Of a stretch of DNA of 64,000 nucleotides, positions 55,544-64,000 are shown piece by piece. Every line of letters starts with the position of its first letter. The first letter of the stretch is position 1. The stretch covers positions 207,427 through 271,426 of the forward strand of contig CAZVZG010000001.1 in the NCBI GenBank assembly GCA_964630785.1, in the 5' to 3' direction. The position numbers and the translations under genes were made by a program. Origin of the DNA: an uncultured Phycisphaeraceae bacterium (GTDB lineage Bacteria > Planctomycetota > Phycisphaerae > Phycisphaerales > UBA1924). Below the pieces are notes generated by a model that was not told the DNA's origin, did not search any database, and saw only the letters and a program-made list of their open reading frames with translations.

Positions 55544-58500
55544 TCAGCCCGGGCAGCCGGTGAAGTATGCGCCCAGGAAGTCGAAGATGTCCTGCACGGT
55601 GATGCCGCCTGAACTGTTGAAGTCCGCGCCGGGCTGCCCGCCAAAGTAAGCCGCGAGGAAATCAAAGATGTCCTGCACGGTCACGCCGCCCTGCTGGTTG
55701 AAGTTGGCCGGGCAGCATGCGACCGGGTTGCCGGCGCCGCCGCAGGCCGAGCCTGCGCCCACGAACGCGCCCGAGCAGTCGGCGGCGGTCGCGACGGTGC
55801 AAGTCGTCCCGTTGCAGCAGGCCCCCGTGGGCTGCGGGCAGGGGTTGGGGCTGCACGCCGAGCCGACCCCCATGAAGCTGTCGGAACACCCGGCCGTGGT
55901 GGCGATGTTGCAGGCGCCATCGGTCGCGCAGCAGGCGCCCGTGGGTTGCGGGCATTGGTTGGGGCTGCACGTTGAGCCCGCACCCAGGAAGTTGTCGGAG
56001 CATCCGGCCGCGGTCGTGGCGATGCACGTGCCGTCTGTGGCGCAGCAGGCGCCGGTGGGCTCGGGGCAGGGGTTGGGATCGCAGACCCCGCCGCTCGTCC
56101 AGGCACGTCCCGCGTCGCAGTCGGCTTGCTCGCTCATGACGCACCCGCCCAAGGCCGAGCAGCAGGCGCCGGTGGGCTGCGGGCATGGGTTGGGGTTGCA
56201 CACGGCGTCGCCGGGCGCGAACGTGCCGGTGGAGCAGCCCGACTGGTCGGACACCGTGCAGCCGCCGTCGGCGGCGCAGCAGGTGCCCAGCGGCTGCTCG
56301 CAACCGGGCACCTCGCACGTGGTGCCGTTGCCGCTGAACGTGCTCGTGCCCAGGCACTCGCTGGAGGCGGTGATCGTGCACCCGCCCGAGGAGTCGCAGC
56401 AGGCGCCCACGACCGGCGTGAACGTCAGGATGACGTCGGCGGTGCCCGTCTGCCCCACGATGATGCTGCCGATCTGGAAGAGGTAGGTGTGCCCGTCCTG
56501 CACAAAGACGTTGAAGGACGAGCCGAAGTCGTCGCAGCCGACGGCTGCGCCGGGCGGGCAGTTGCCGCCGTGGTAGACCGCGACGCGGCTGCTGAACGGC
56601 GTGGGCGACCCGGCGGTGGCGCTGTCGGTCGTCACGTTGAGGTTGCCGTTGGCGGGCGCGACCCACGTGTACCAGACGTCCTGGTTGATCGGTCCGGCCG
56701 CGGGGCAGCCCGTGCCGGGAAAGCTCTGAATCAAGCCGGTCGTGGCGTTGGTGTTGGTGAACGGGCGCGGCCCGGCGACGCTGCCCCACGAGATCGGCGC
56801 CGCGCAATCGTCGTTGGCGGGCGGGGTGTTGGTGACGCTGAAGACACCGTTGGCCGTGGCCACCTGGCCGGTGCCGTCGGCGTTGCTGATCGTGACGTTT
56901 CGCGAGCCGACCGCGGCGCCGGCGCCGATGACGAACGACAGGCCGTTGACGGTCGAGCCGCCGCCGGAGATCACGGGCGTTCCGGTGACCGTGACCCCGC
57001 CGCCGGAGACCGTGACCTGCGAAGCGCTGCTCACGCCCGCGAGATTGACGCCGGTGATGGTGACCGGGATCGTCGCGCCGGACTGGCCCGTGTTGGGGGT
57101 GACTGACGAGATGCTGCTCACCGCGCCCACCACCGCCACGCTTATCGTGTCCGTCGCGGACATGCCGTTGGAGTCGGTGACGCGCAGCGTGACGTTGAAC
57201 AGGCCGTTGGAGTTGTACGTGAACGTGGGCTGGGGGTTATCGAGCGTCTCGAAAACGCCGTTGCCGTCCAAGTCCCAGTCGTAGCTGGCGTTGTTCAGGA
57301 TCGCGCCGCTCTCGTTGGTGCGCGAGTTGAGGTTGCCCATGAAGTAGCAGACCTGCCCGGCCGCAACGCGCTTGTTCACGCCGGCGATCGCCGTCGGCGG
57401 GGCCTTGGAGTTGCCCACGCGGATGGTCAGGTCGTAGAGCTGCACGATCTGGTCGTTCGGACCGTCGGGCCCCGAGTCGATGACACGCACCGTGTACGTC
57501 CCCGCGCTCAGGCTGCCGGCCGGGATGCTCTCGGTGGCGCCCGCCGCGGCGCTGTTGGCCTGGAGCAGGACGGTGCTCCCGTTCGAGTCCCGCAGCTCGA
57601 CGTCCAGGTTCCCCGCCGCCGAGGCGTTGACGGCGGGCGGGCTGGTCGGGTTGCACCCGCCCGACTGCTGACCGTTGGCGTAACTGCCGCCCGTTGGTAC
57701 CACCGTGATGGTGACGTTCTGGGCCGACGAGAGCGTGAACTTGAACCAGTCCTGGTTGGTGTTGTTGATGCCCGCGGCGCCGTTGGTCGAGAGGCTCCGC
57801 TCGATGATCGACTTGAGCACGGGCGAGGTCAGGTCGCCGAAGTCCTTGGCCGAACCGGCGGAGTTGTTGCCGGCGAACCGGTCGCCGTAGTTGCGCTGAG
57901 CGCCGCGCAGCTCGTCGACCTGCGTCATCTCGAAGTTGGTGTTGGCGAACGGCTCCATGAGCTTGGTGCCGTTGCAGGGCGTGGTGTGGATGAACCCCAG
58001 CCCGTGCCCGTGCTCGTGGGCCACCACGTTGCGGAAGTACCGGAAGTTGCTCGACCCCCCGAACATGCTGCCGGTGTTCAACTCGTCGGAGTTGATCACC
58101 ATGTCCGAGCCGCCGTTGGGGAAGTAGTTGTACGCCAGCACGCCCGTGTTGCCCTGCGGACGCGAGCCGATGCGCACTTCACCCCCGCCGGCCGCCCCGG
58201 CCGAGCCGGTGAACGGCGAGTTGTTGTCGGCGACCTCGGTGTAGCTCAGACCGCTGTAGCGTCGCCACGACGCCAGCGCCTGTCGGACGTACTCGCGCCC
58301 CCGGTCGATGTTGGCCGTCCCGAACTGCGCGTTGAACTTCGAGTTGAGGTTGTTCGACCCGCCGTCCCACGACACGCCGTCGTTGGGGAACGAGAACCGC
58401 AGGCTCGCCGGCGTGGCCCGGCCCGAGGCGCCCTGACCGCCGTTACCGGTCCACACCAGGTTGCTCGTGAAGAACCGGTTGTTCAGCCCATCTTGCAACA

Positions 58501-58828
58501 CACCGCCCACGGGCAGGGCGTTGAAATGCTGCATGATGTACTCCATCTGCTCGGGCGTCGGGTTGGCCACGAAGCAGCGGGGGGCCTGCGCCACCATGTC
58601 CAGGAGCAGCGTCCGTCGTTCTCGGGCCTGCGAGGCCGTCTCTCCCATGGGCGCGGCCGCATCGCTGCGCTCCACCAGGGCGTCCAGACGCTCGCCCAGG
58701 CCGTCGTGGGGCTTGGCGGTCGCCGCCGTGGTCTCCGCGGCCGCCCGGCCGAGGCACGTGCCCGCCGCCATCAGGGTGACGAGAAACACCGTGGCCACGT
58801 GGCCCGTACAAAACCCATTCGACTTCAT
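55544..58828 (-). CDS. Giant secreted multidomain protein: metzincin-like Zn protease, PPC, PKD, IPT/TIG and 7 six-Cys repeats, ending in tandem dockerin-like GCP tail
   Basis: Signal peptide 'VATVFLVTLMAAGTCLG'; 'VVAHEHGHGLGFIH' HExxHxxGxxH; PKD 'YDWDLDGNGVFE...FNVTLRVTDSNG'; repeats 'NPCPQPTGACCxxDGxC...'; C-terminus 'VQDIFDFLAAYFGGQPGADFNSSGGITVQDIFDFLGAYFTGCPG'. Confidence 0.75.
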   Translation of the reverse strand: MKSNGFCTGHVATVFLVTLMAAGTCLGRAAAETTAATAKPHDGLGERLDALVERSDAAAPMGETASQARERRTLLLDMVAQAPRCFVANPTPEQMEYIMQHFNALPVGGVLQDGLNNRFFTSNLVWTGNGGQGASGRATPASLRFSFPNDGVSWDGGSNNLNSKFNAQFGTANIDRGREYVRQALASWRRYSGLSYTEVADNNSPFTGSAGAAGGGEVRIGSRPQGNTGVLAYNYFPNGGSDMVINSDELNTGSMFGGSSNFRYFRNVVAHEHGHGLGFIHTTPCNGTKLMEPFANTNFEMTQVDELRGAQRNYGDRFAGNNSAGSAKDFGDLTSPVLKSIIERSLSTNGAAGINNTNQDWFKFTLSSAQNVTITVVPTGGSYANGQQSGGCNPTSPPAVNASAAGNLDVELRDSNGSTVLLQANSAAAGATESIPAGSLSAGTYTVRVIDSGPDGPNDQIVQLYDLTIRVGNSKAPPTAIAGVNKRVAAGQVCYFMGNLNSRTNESGAILNNASYDWDLDGNGVFETLDNPQPTFTYNSNGLFNVTLRVTDSNGMSATDTISVAVVGAVSSISSVTPNTGQSGATIPVTITGVNLAGVSSASQVTVSGGGVTVTGTPVISGGGSTVNGLSFVIGAGAAVGSRNVTISNADGTGQVATANGVFSVTNTPPANDDCAAPISWGSVAGPRPFTNTNATTGLIQSFPGTGCPAAGPINQDVWYTWVAPANGNLNVTTDSATAGSPTPFSSRVAVYHGGNCPPGAAVGCDDFGSSFNVFVQDGHTYLFQIGSIIVGQTGTADVILTFTPVVGACCDSSGGCTITASSECLGTSTFSGNGTTCEVPGCEQPLGTCCAADGGCTVSDQSGCSTGTFAPGDAVCNPNPCPQPTGACCSALGGCVMSEQADCDAGRAWTSGGVCDPNPCPEPTGACCATDGTCIATTAAGCSDNFLGAGSTCSPNQCPQPTGACCATDGACNIATTAGCSDSFMGVGSACSPNPCPQPTGACCNGTTCTVATAADCSGAFVGAGSACGGAGNPVACCPANFNQQGGVTVQDIFDFLAAYFGGQPGADFNSSGGITVQDIFDFLGAYFTGCPG

Positions 58829-59135
58829 CGCTACCTCCGCTATTTCCGATCGAGGGCTGAAAAGCCCCGGGCGAACGGCCCGAGAATCGCGGACACGGCT
58901 CCGCAGTCCAACCGGCGCCGGCCCGTCGAGCACGATCCCATACGCCGAGGGCCAGTCATCGGCTCCATCCTACCCGCAAGTCAGTCCACAACACGCCATA
59001 TCTCGGAAACGCGCGCACGATAGAGCAGGACCACGCCACCGAGCGAGGGCAAGCCACCGGCTGGATTCGGTGATCTTGCGGCCTTTCCACGCCATTGCCG
59101 GGGGGCCCCGAACCGAGCCCTTCACCCCCAGAACG

Positions 59136-62100
59136 TCAGCCGGGGCAGCCCTGGAAGTACGCCCGCAGGTAGGCGAACAGGTCTTCGAGCGTTACGGCAC
59201 TGTCTCCGTTGAAATCCGCGGCTAGCGACTGCAACTGCCACGCGGCAAGGTAGTCGAACAGGTCCTGAACACCCACGCCGTTCACGCCGTTGAAGTTGGC
59301 CGGGCAGCAGGTGGTCGGGTTGCCGGTCGGGCCGCACGCGACCCCATCGCCCTGGTACGCGCCGCCGCTGCACGAGCCCGCATCGGTCACCACGGTGCAG
59401 GTGGTCCCGGCGCAGCACGCACCGCCCGAACTCGGGCAGCCAGCGAAGTACGCCGCGAGGAAGTCGAAGATGTCCTGCACGCTCACGGCGCCCGAACCGT
59501 TGAAATCAGCGCTGGGGTCCACCGCGAAGTACGCGCCCAGGAAATCGAAGATGTCCTGCACACTCACGCCGTCCATGCCGTTGAAGTTGGCCGGGCAGCA
59601 GGTCGTCGGGTTGCCCGGCGTGCCGCACACGGTGCCCGCGCCCTTGAACACCGCCGGCGCGACGCAGCCGGCCGCGGCCAGGAGGGTGCACGTCGTCCCG
59701 TCGCAGCAGGCGCCGGTGGGCTGCGCGCACGGGTCGGGCGTGCAGGTCTGGGCCGGCAGGAACGTCCCGCCCAGGCACGCGGACTGCAGCACGACCGAGC
59801 ACGCGCCGCCCGCGCCGCAGCACGCGCCGGGCTGAGCGCACGGGCTGGGCGAGCAGGTCTGGCCCGGCACGAACGCGCCGCCCTGACCGTTGCACGCAGC
59901 CGGGGTGAGCCCGGAGACGCACGCCCCCGTGGAGACGATGCAGCACACCCCGCTGGGTGGCGGGCACAGCGTCGGCGAGCAGGCCGCGCTGGCGTGCCAC
60001 GCGCCCGAGGTGCAGTCGGCCTGAAGCACGAACGCGCTGCACAGGCCGCTCGCCGTGTCGCAGCACGCCCCGCGCGGCGGGGGGCAAACGCCCGGGTCGC
60101 ATACGGTGACCGACGAACTGAACGTGCCGGTGCACTCGCCCGGCGTATTGACAACCGAGCAATCGCCGGTCGGCGAGCAGCAGACGCCCGGCGTCGGCTG
60201 GGCGCACGGGTCGGGCGTGCAGACCGCCCCGACCGTCCACCCGCCGGCGCACGCGGAGTGGGTAGTCACGGCGCAGCCGGATACGGTGCAGCAGGCGCCG
60301 GTCATCTGCGCGCAGGGGTCCGGGTCGCACACGCCGTCGGCCGTCCACGCGCCGGGGCAGTCGGCCTGGAGCGTGATCTCGCACGCCAGGTCGGGCACGC
60401 AGCAACTCCCGGTCGAGGTCTGGCAGCTCGCGGGCGTGCACGCCGCGCCGGGCGAGAACACGCCGTTGGAGCACTCGGCGAGCGTGGCGTTCACGCACTG
60501 CCCGTCGGGCAGGCAGCACGCCCCGGGCGGCGGCGGCGGGCAGGGGTTCGGGGCGCACGCGCCGCCGGGGGCCCATGAGCCCGAGCAACCGGTCTGCGGG
60601 CTGAGCGTGCACGAGCCGTCGGCGTGGCAGCACGAACCGACGGGCTGCGGGCACGGGTTGCCCGCGCAGGTCAGCCCGAGCGGGTTCCAGTCGCCGCCGA
60701 TACAGTCGGCCTGGGTGATGATCGAGCACTGACCGCTGGGATAGCAGCAGCGTCGCAGCGGCTGCGGGCAGGGGTTGGGCGAGCAAACGTTGGCCGCGTT
60801 GAACAGCCCATCGCACGACACCGGCGCGACGTTCATCGTGCACGCGCCAGTGTTCGCGTTGCAGCACGAGCCGACCAGGTCGGCAAAGGCCAGGTCCACG
60901 CAGGCCGACCCGACGTGGCCCTCGTTCACGCCCCCGACGCGGAACAGCAGGCGGTCGCCGATCTGCACGTTCAGCGTGAACATCTCGCCGCAGGCCAGCA
61001 GGTTGACCGACGCGGGCGGGCACGCGATCGGGCCCGCGGGCAGTCGGTACGCGGCCACGACGCTCGGGAACGGCGCGGGCGTCGCGCCGGCCTCGTTGCT
61101 CCGCGAATGAACGCTCAACATCCCCGTCTGCGAGGCGGTCCAGACGTACCACACGTCGTTGTGCAGCGTCGAGCCCTCGCAACCCGAGCCGGTGTAGTCT
61201 TGCTCTTCGCCGGTGGTCGCGCCGCGGCTGTCAAAGGGCTTGCACCCCGGCCCGGCCGTCCAGATGTCGGGCGCGGAGCACCCGTCGTTCGGGGGAGCGG
61301 GAACGGCGTCCAGCACCGTGATCGCGCTGTCAAGGAACCCGGCGGTGCACCCGTCGGTGATGCGCACGTCGCGAGCGCTCAGCTCCGCATCGGCGGCCAC
61401 GGTAATCGTCAGCCCGGTGATGGAAGTCCCGGCTCCGCCGACCACGGGCACGCCGCCGAGCGTCACGCCTGTGCCCGACACCGTGATCTGGTTGAGCGCC
61501 ATGACCGCGCCCAGGCCGGTGCCGGTGATCGTGATCGGGATCGTCGTGCCGCGGTACGCAAACGCGGGCGTGACCGATGTCACGGAGATCGGCGCGCCGG
61601 TTACCGTAACGAAGATCGTGTCCGTGGCCTGAAGCCCCGCGGCCGGGTCGGTCACGCGCAGCGTGACGGGAATGATCCGGTTCTGATCGGTGTAAAGGGC
61701 GAAGGGAAATCGCGGGTTGTTGGGAAACTGACCCTCGGGCGGGTTGTCGAGGCTGTCGATGTTGATCTCGAACGTGCCGTCGCCGTCGAGGTCCCACTCG
61801 AAGTTGGCCGTGCGCGAGCTCAGCGGTTCGCTGTTGGGGTCCTGCGAGCGGGACAGCAGGTCGCCGATGAACTGCACGTACTGCCCCAGCGGGGCGTACT
61901 TGTCCACGCCGGCGACGGCGTAGGGCGAGTACTTCACCGGGTTCTCGTCGGGGCCGAGGCGGACGGACAGGTCGTAGAGCTGCGTGGGCTGGTCGGCCAG
62001 GTAGCTCGCGCTCCCGCCCGAATCGAACACGCGGATGTAGTAGGTGCCCGCGGGCTGCACGCCGGCGTCGATCGTCTCGACCGCGCCGGCCGCGTTGGTG

Positions 62101-63593
62101 TTGGCCTCGCGGAACGGCGTGCCCTCGCCGTCGCGGAAGAACTGGATGTCGAGGTTGCCGATGGCGACGGCGTTGACCGAGGTTGCCGGGCCGGAGCACG
62201 GCGCGGGGCTGCCATCGACCTGCTGGCCGTTGACGTAAGCGTCGCCCGTCGGCGTCACCTTGATCACGATCCGCTGCGGGTTCTCGATCGTGAACCTGAA
62301 CCAGTCCTCCCCGGAGGGGTTGGGCAACATCGTGCCCGGGTTGATGACCGGCCCGTTGGTCGAGAGGTCTCGCTCCAGCACCGAGTGCGGGTGCAGGCCC
62401 AGCGCCGGCTCGTTGTGGTCGAGCGCGACCGACACCGGGTCGTTGGCGTTGCCCAGGCTCGGGTACCGGGCCGAGTCGGTCGGCGGGTTGCCGGGCGTGA
62501 TGATCCATTGACGCCCCAGGTCCCGCGCCGCCTCGCGCGTCTGGTTGCCCGCGAAGCGATCGCCGTAGTTGTGCTGCGCGCCCCGCTTCTCGTCGATCTG
62601 CACCATGTCGTACACGGTCGACGAGAACGGCTCCATCAGCTTGGTCTGGCTGCACGGGATCACGTGCCGAAAGCCCAGGCCGTGTCCGTGCTCGTGCGCG
62701 ATCACGTTGCGCAGGTAGCGGTACCCGTTGCTGGCCGAGAAGTACGGGGGCGGCGCCGTGTCACCCGGCTCGACGAAGTAGCTCGAGTTGAGCACCATGT
62801 CGCCGCCGAACTCGGGGAAATAGTTGAACGCCAGCACGCCGAACCCCTCGCCCTGGGCGTAGGAGCCGAAGCGGATGTCGCCGTGCGTGCCCGGACCGGC
62901 CGGTGGGAACGGGTCCCACGGCGCGTCGTCGTCGCACACCTCCATGTACCGCACCGAGCACGCGCGTTCCCAGCCGGCAAGCACCTGGCGGAACAGCTCG
63001 CGACCGTACGCGACGCCCGGCCCCGGCAGCGCCGGCAGCGGCGGATCGACCGACGTGTCCGGCATGGTCCGACCGATGAGGTCGGCGCTCAGGCGGTTGA
63101 GCTGGCCCTCCGGCCCCCACACCACGCCGTCATTCGGGAACGAGTACGTCAGCAGCGAAATCGGCTTGGCCTGGCCGATCTGCGTTGTGAACGCCGCGCC
63201 GCTCCCGTCCCACGCGCTCACGTCCAGGAAGAACCGGTTGTTGAGGCGGGTGATCCGCTCGGCGGGGTTGCGCCCGCCGTAGTACGCCGCGATCGCTTCG
63301 AGCTGCGCCGGCGTCGGGTTGCCGATGAAGCAGCCCTCCGCGTTGCGGATTCGTTCCAGCAGCCTCGTGCGCCGCGCGCCCGGCGCTTCGCCGGCGCGCT
63401 CGGCATCGCGCGTCGCCAGGTCGAGCAGCGTCTGCAACGTGCCGTCGGCCGCCGGCGCGGCCGAATCTCTCAAGCGCGCACCGACCCCATCGGGCGCGAA
63501 CGCGCCGTGCGCGACCGAGCCCGCGAGGAGCGCCGCAGCCGCACATCCCGCGGCCGCAGCCGCCCGAGCCGATCTCTTCGCCATGCTCGCCAT
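59136..63593 (-). CDS. Paralogous giant secreted protein: metzincin-like Zn protease, PPC, PKD, IPT/TIG and 15 six-Cys repeats, with two pairs of dockerin-like GCP modules
   Basis: 'VIAHEHGHGLGFRHVIPCSQTKLMEP'; same domain order as 55544..58828; C-terminus has 2 dockerin-like modules, one extra Cys repeat, then 2 more modules ending 'AYFQGCPG'. Confidence 0.75.
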   Translation of the reverse strand: MASMAKRSARAAAAAGCAAAALLAGSVAHGAFAPDGVGARLRDSAAPAADGTLQTLLDLATRDAERAGEAPGARRTRLLERIRNAEGCFIGNPTPAQLEAIAAYYGGRNPAERITRLNNRFFLDVSAWDGSGAAFTTQIGQAKPISLLTYSFPNDGVVWGPEGQLNRLSADLIGRTMPDTSVDPPLPALPGPGVAYGRELFRQVLAGWERACSVRYMEVCDDDAPWDPFPPAGPGTHGDIRFGSYAQGEGFGVLAFNYFPEFGGDMVLNSSYFVEPGDTAPPPYFSASNGYRYLRNVIAHEHGHGLGFRHVIPCSQTKLMEPFSSTVYDMVQIDEKRGAQHNYGDRFAGNQTREAARDLGRQWIITPGNPPTDSARYPSLGNANDPVSVALDHNEPALGLHPHSVLERDLSTNGPVINPGTMLPNPSGEDWFRFTIENPQRIVIKVTPTGDAYVNGQQVDGSPAPCSGPATSVNAVAIGNLDIQFFRDGEGTPFREANTNAAGAVETIDAGVQPAGTYYIRVFDSGGSASYLADQPTQLYDLSVRLGPDENPVKYSPYAVAGVDKYAPLGQYVQFIGDLLSRSQDPNSEPLSSRTANFEWDLDGDGTFEINIDSLDNPPEGQFPNNPRFPFALYTDQNRIIPVTLRVTDPAAGLQATDTIFVTVTGAPISVTSVTPAFAYRGTTIPITITGTGLGAVMALNQITVSGTGVTLGGVPVVGGAGTSITGLTITVAADAELSARDVRITDGCTAGFLDSAITVLDAVPAPPNDGCSAPDIWTAGPGCKPFDSRGATTGEEQDYTGSGCEGSTLHNDVWYVWTASQTGMLSVHSRSNEAGATPAPFPSVVAAYRLPAGPIACPPASVNLLACGEMFTLNVQIGDRLLFRVGGVNEGHVGSACVDLAFADLVGSCCNANTGACTMNVAPVSCDGLFNAANVCSPNPCPQPLRRCCYPSGQCSIITQADCIGGDWNPLGLTCAGNPCPQPVGSCCHADGSCTLSPQTGCSGSWAPGGACAPNPCPPPPPGACCLPDGQCVNATLAECSNGVFSPGAACTPASCQTSTGSCCVPDLACEITLQADCPGAWTADGVCDPDPCAQMTGACCTVSGCAVTTHSACAGGWTVGAVCTPDPCAQPTPGVCCSPTGDCSVVNTPGECTGTFSSSVTVCDPGVCPPPRGACCDTASGLCSAFVLQADCTSGAWHASAACSPTLCPPPSGVCCIVSTGACVSGLTPAACNGQGGAFVPGQTCSPSPCAQPGACCGAGGACSVVLQSACLGGTFLPAQTCTPDPCAQPTGACCDGTTCTLLAAAGCVAPAVFKGAGTVCGTPGNPTTCCPANFNGMDGVSVQDIFDFLGAYFAVDPSADFNGSGAVSVQDIFDFLAAYFAGCPSSGGACCAGTTCTVVTDAGSCSGGAYQGDGVACGPTGNPTTCCPANFNGVNGVGVQDLFDYLAAWQLQSLAADFNGDSAVTLEDLFAYLRAYFQGCPG

Positions 63594-64000
63594 GGTTTCC
63601 GGTCACTCCCGTCGCTGTCGGCGTCGTCCCTGCCGCGTGTCGGATGGTCCGCGCCCAAAGGCCGATACGAACGCCCGGGACCGTTCCCGGCGCGCCGCAT
63701 CCGCTTTGGCCCTTCACCAGACCACCGCTTCACCACCGGGGCCACACACACCGGCGGGTTTTTGGGCCGCCAACGTTATGTGGCCCGCGCCGGCCCGACC
63801 CCTTACCCAAACCGCCACCGCCCCAATCCGAAGACCTGTTCGCTCAAACCCCCGCAGGGGATCCCCATCCCCTCCGTGGCATCGGCGCCCAGCCGATGTT
63901 CCACCCCGCACCCACGCATCTGCAACTCCCGTCCGAAAACGCCGTCACACCACCCCTGCGCCAACGCTCTGACCCCCACCGATCCACACCGCACAAGCCC

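Noticed and set aside
54121-55665. 514-aa minus-strand ORF overlapping the 54190..55446 plus-strand ORF
   Set aside because: Arg/Ala/Pro-rich biased composition. The plus-strand ORF has a balanced amino-acid profile.

Overview
High-GC (~70%) chromosomal segment, probably from a Planctomycetota-like bacterium. The DUF1559-type pseudopilin, PEP-CTERM tail and TPR Ser/Thr kinase are consistent with that, but the taxon is inference. The first ~38 kb is mostly housekeeping and envelope genes: WcaF-like acetyltransferase, lpxC, coaD, nuoE, phosphomannomutase, HD-GYP, queD, ppk1, topA, miaA, an MqnA-like gene, a GT9 heptosyltransferase, gatB and an S9 peptidase. It is interrupted by an IS200/RAYT-like transposase flanked by perfect 27-bp inverted repeats. 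The second half is accessory-like. It holds a DUF559 endonuclease gene inside an array of GC-rich REP-like palindromes, then ggt, pspA, an ECF sigma/anti-sigma pair and a tRNA-Leu, followed by a run of large secreted proteins. The most striking element is a tandem pair of giant paralogous secreted proteins (1095 and 1485 aa). Each has a metzincin HExxHxxGxxH protease domain, PPC, PKD and IPT/TIG domains, and 7 and 15 copies of a ~36-aa six-cysteine repeat. Both end in tandem dockerin-like 'ADFNxSGGxSVQDIFDFLAAYFxGCP' modules, and the same C-terminal module ends a YWTD-propeller protein ~9 kb upstream. Other oddities are an AT-rich near-consensus sigma70 promoter plus terminator defining a ~290-nt candidate sRNA next to a tRNA-Ile, and a 149-bp tandem hairpin repeat between topA and an FtsX permease gene. 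There is also a PTP-like/cytochrome c'-like fusion lipoprotein, and long homopolymeric G/C tracts inside lpxC, miaA and apbC. Many long antisense ORFs are GC-skew artefacts and were not called.
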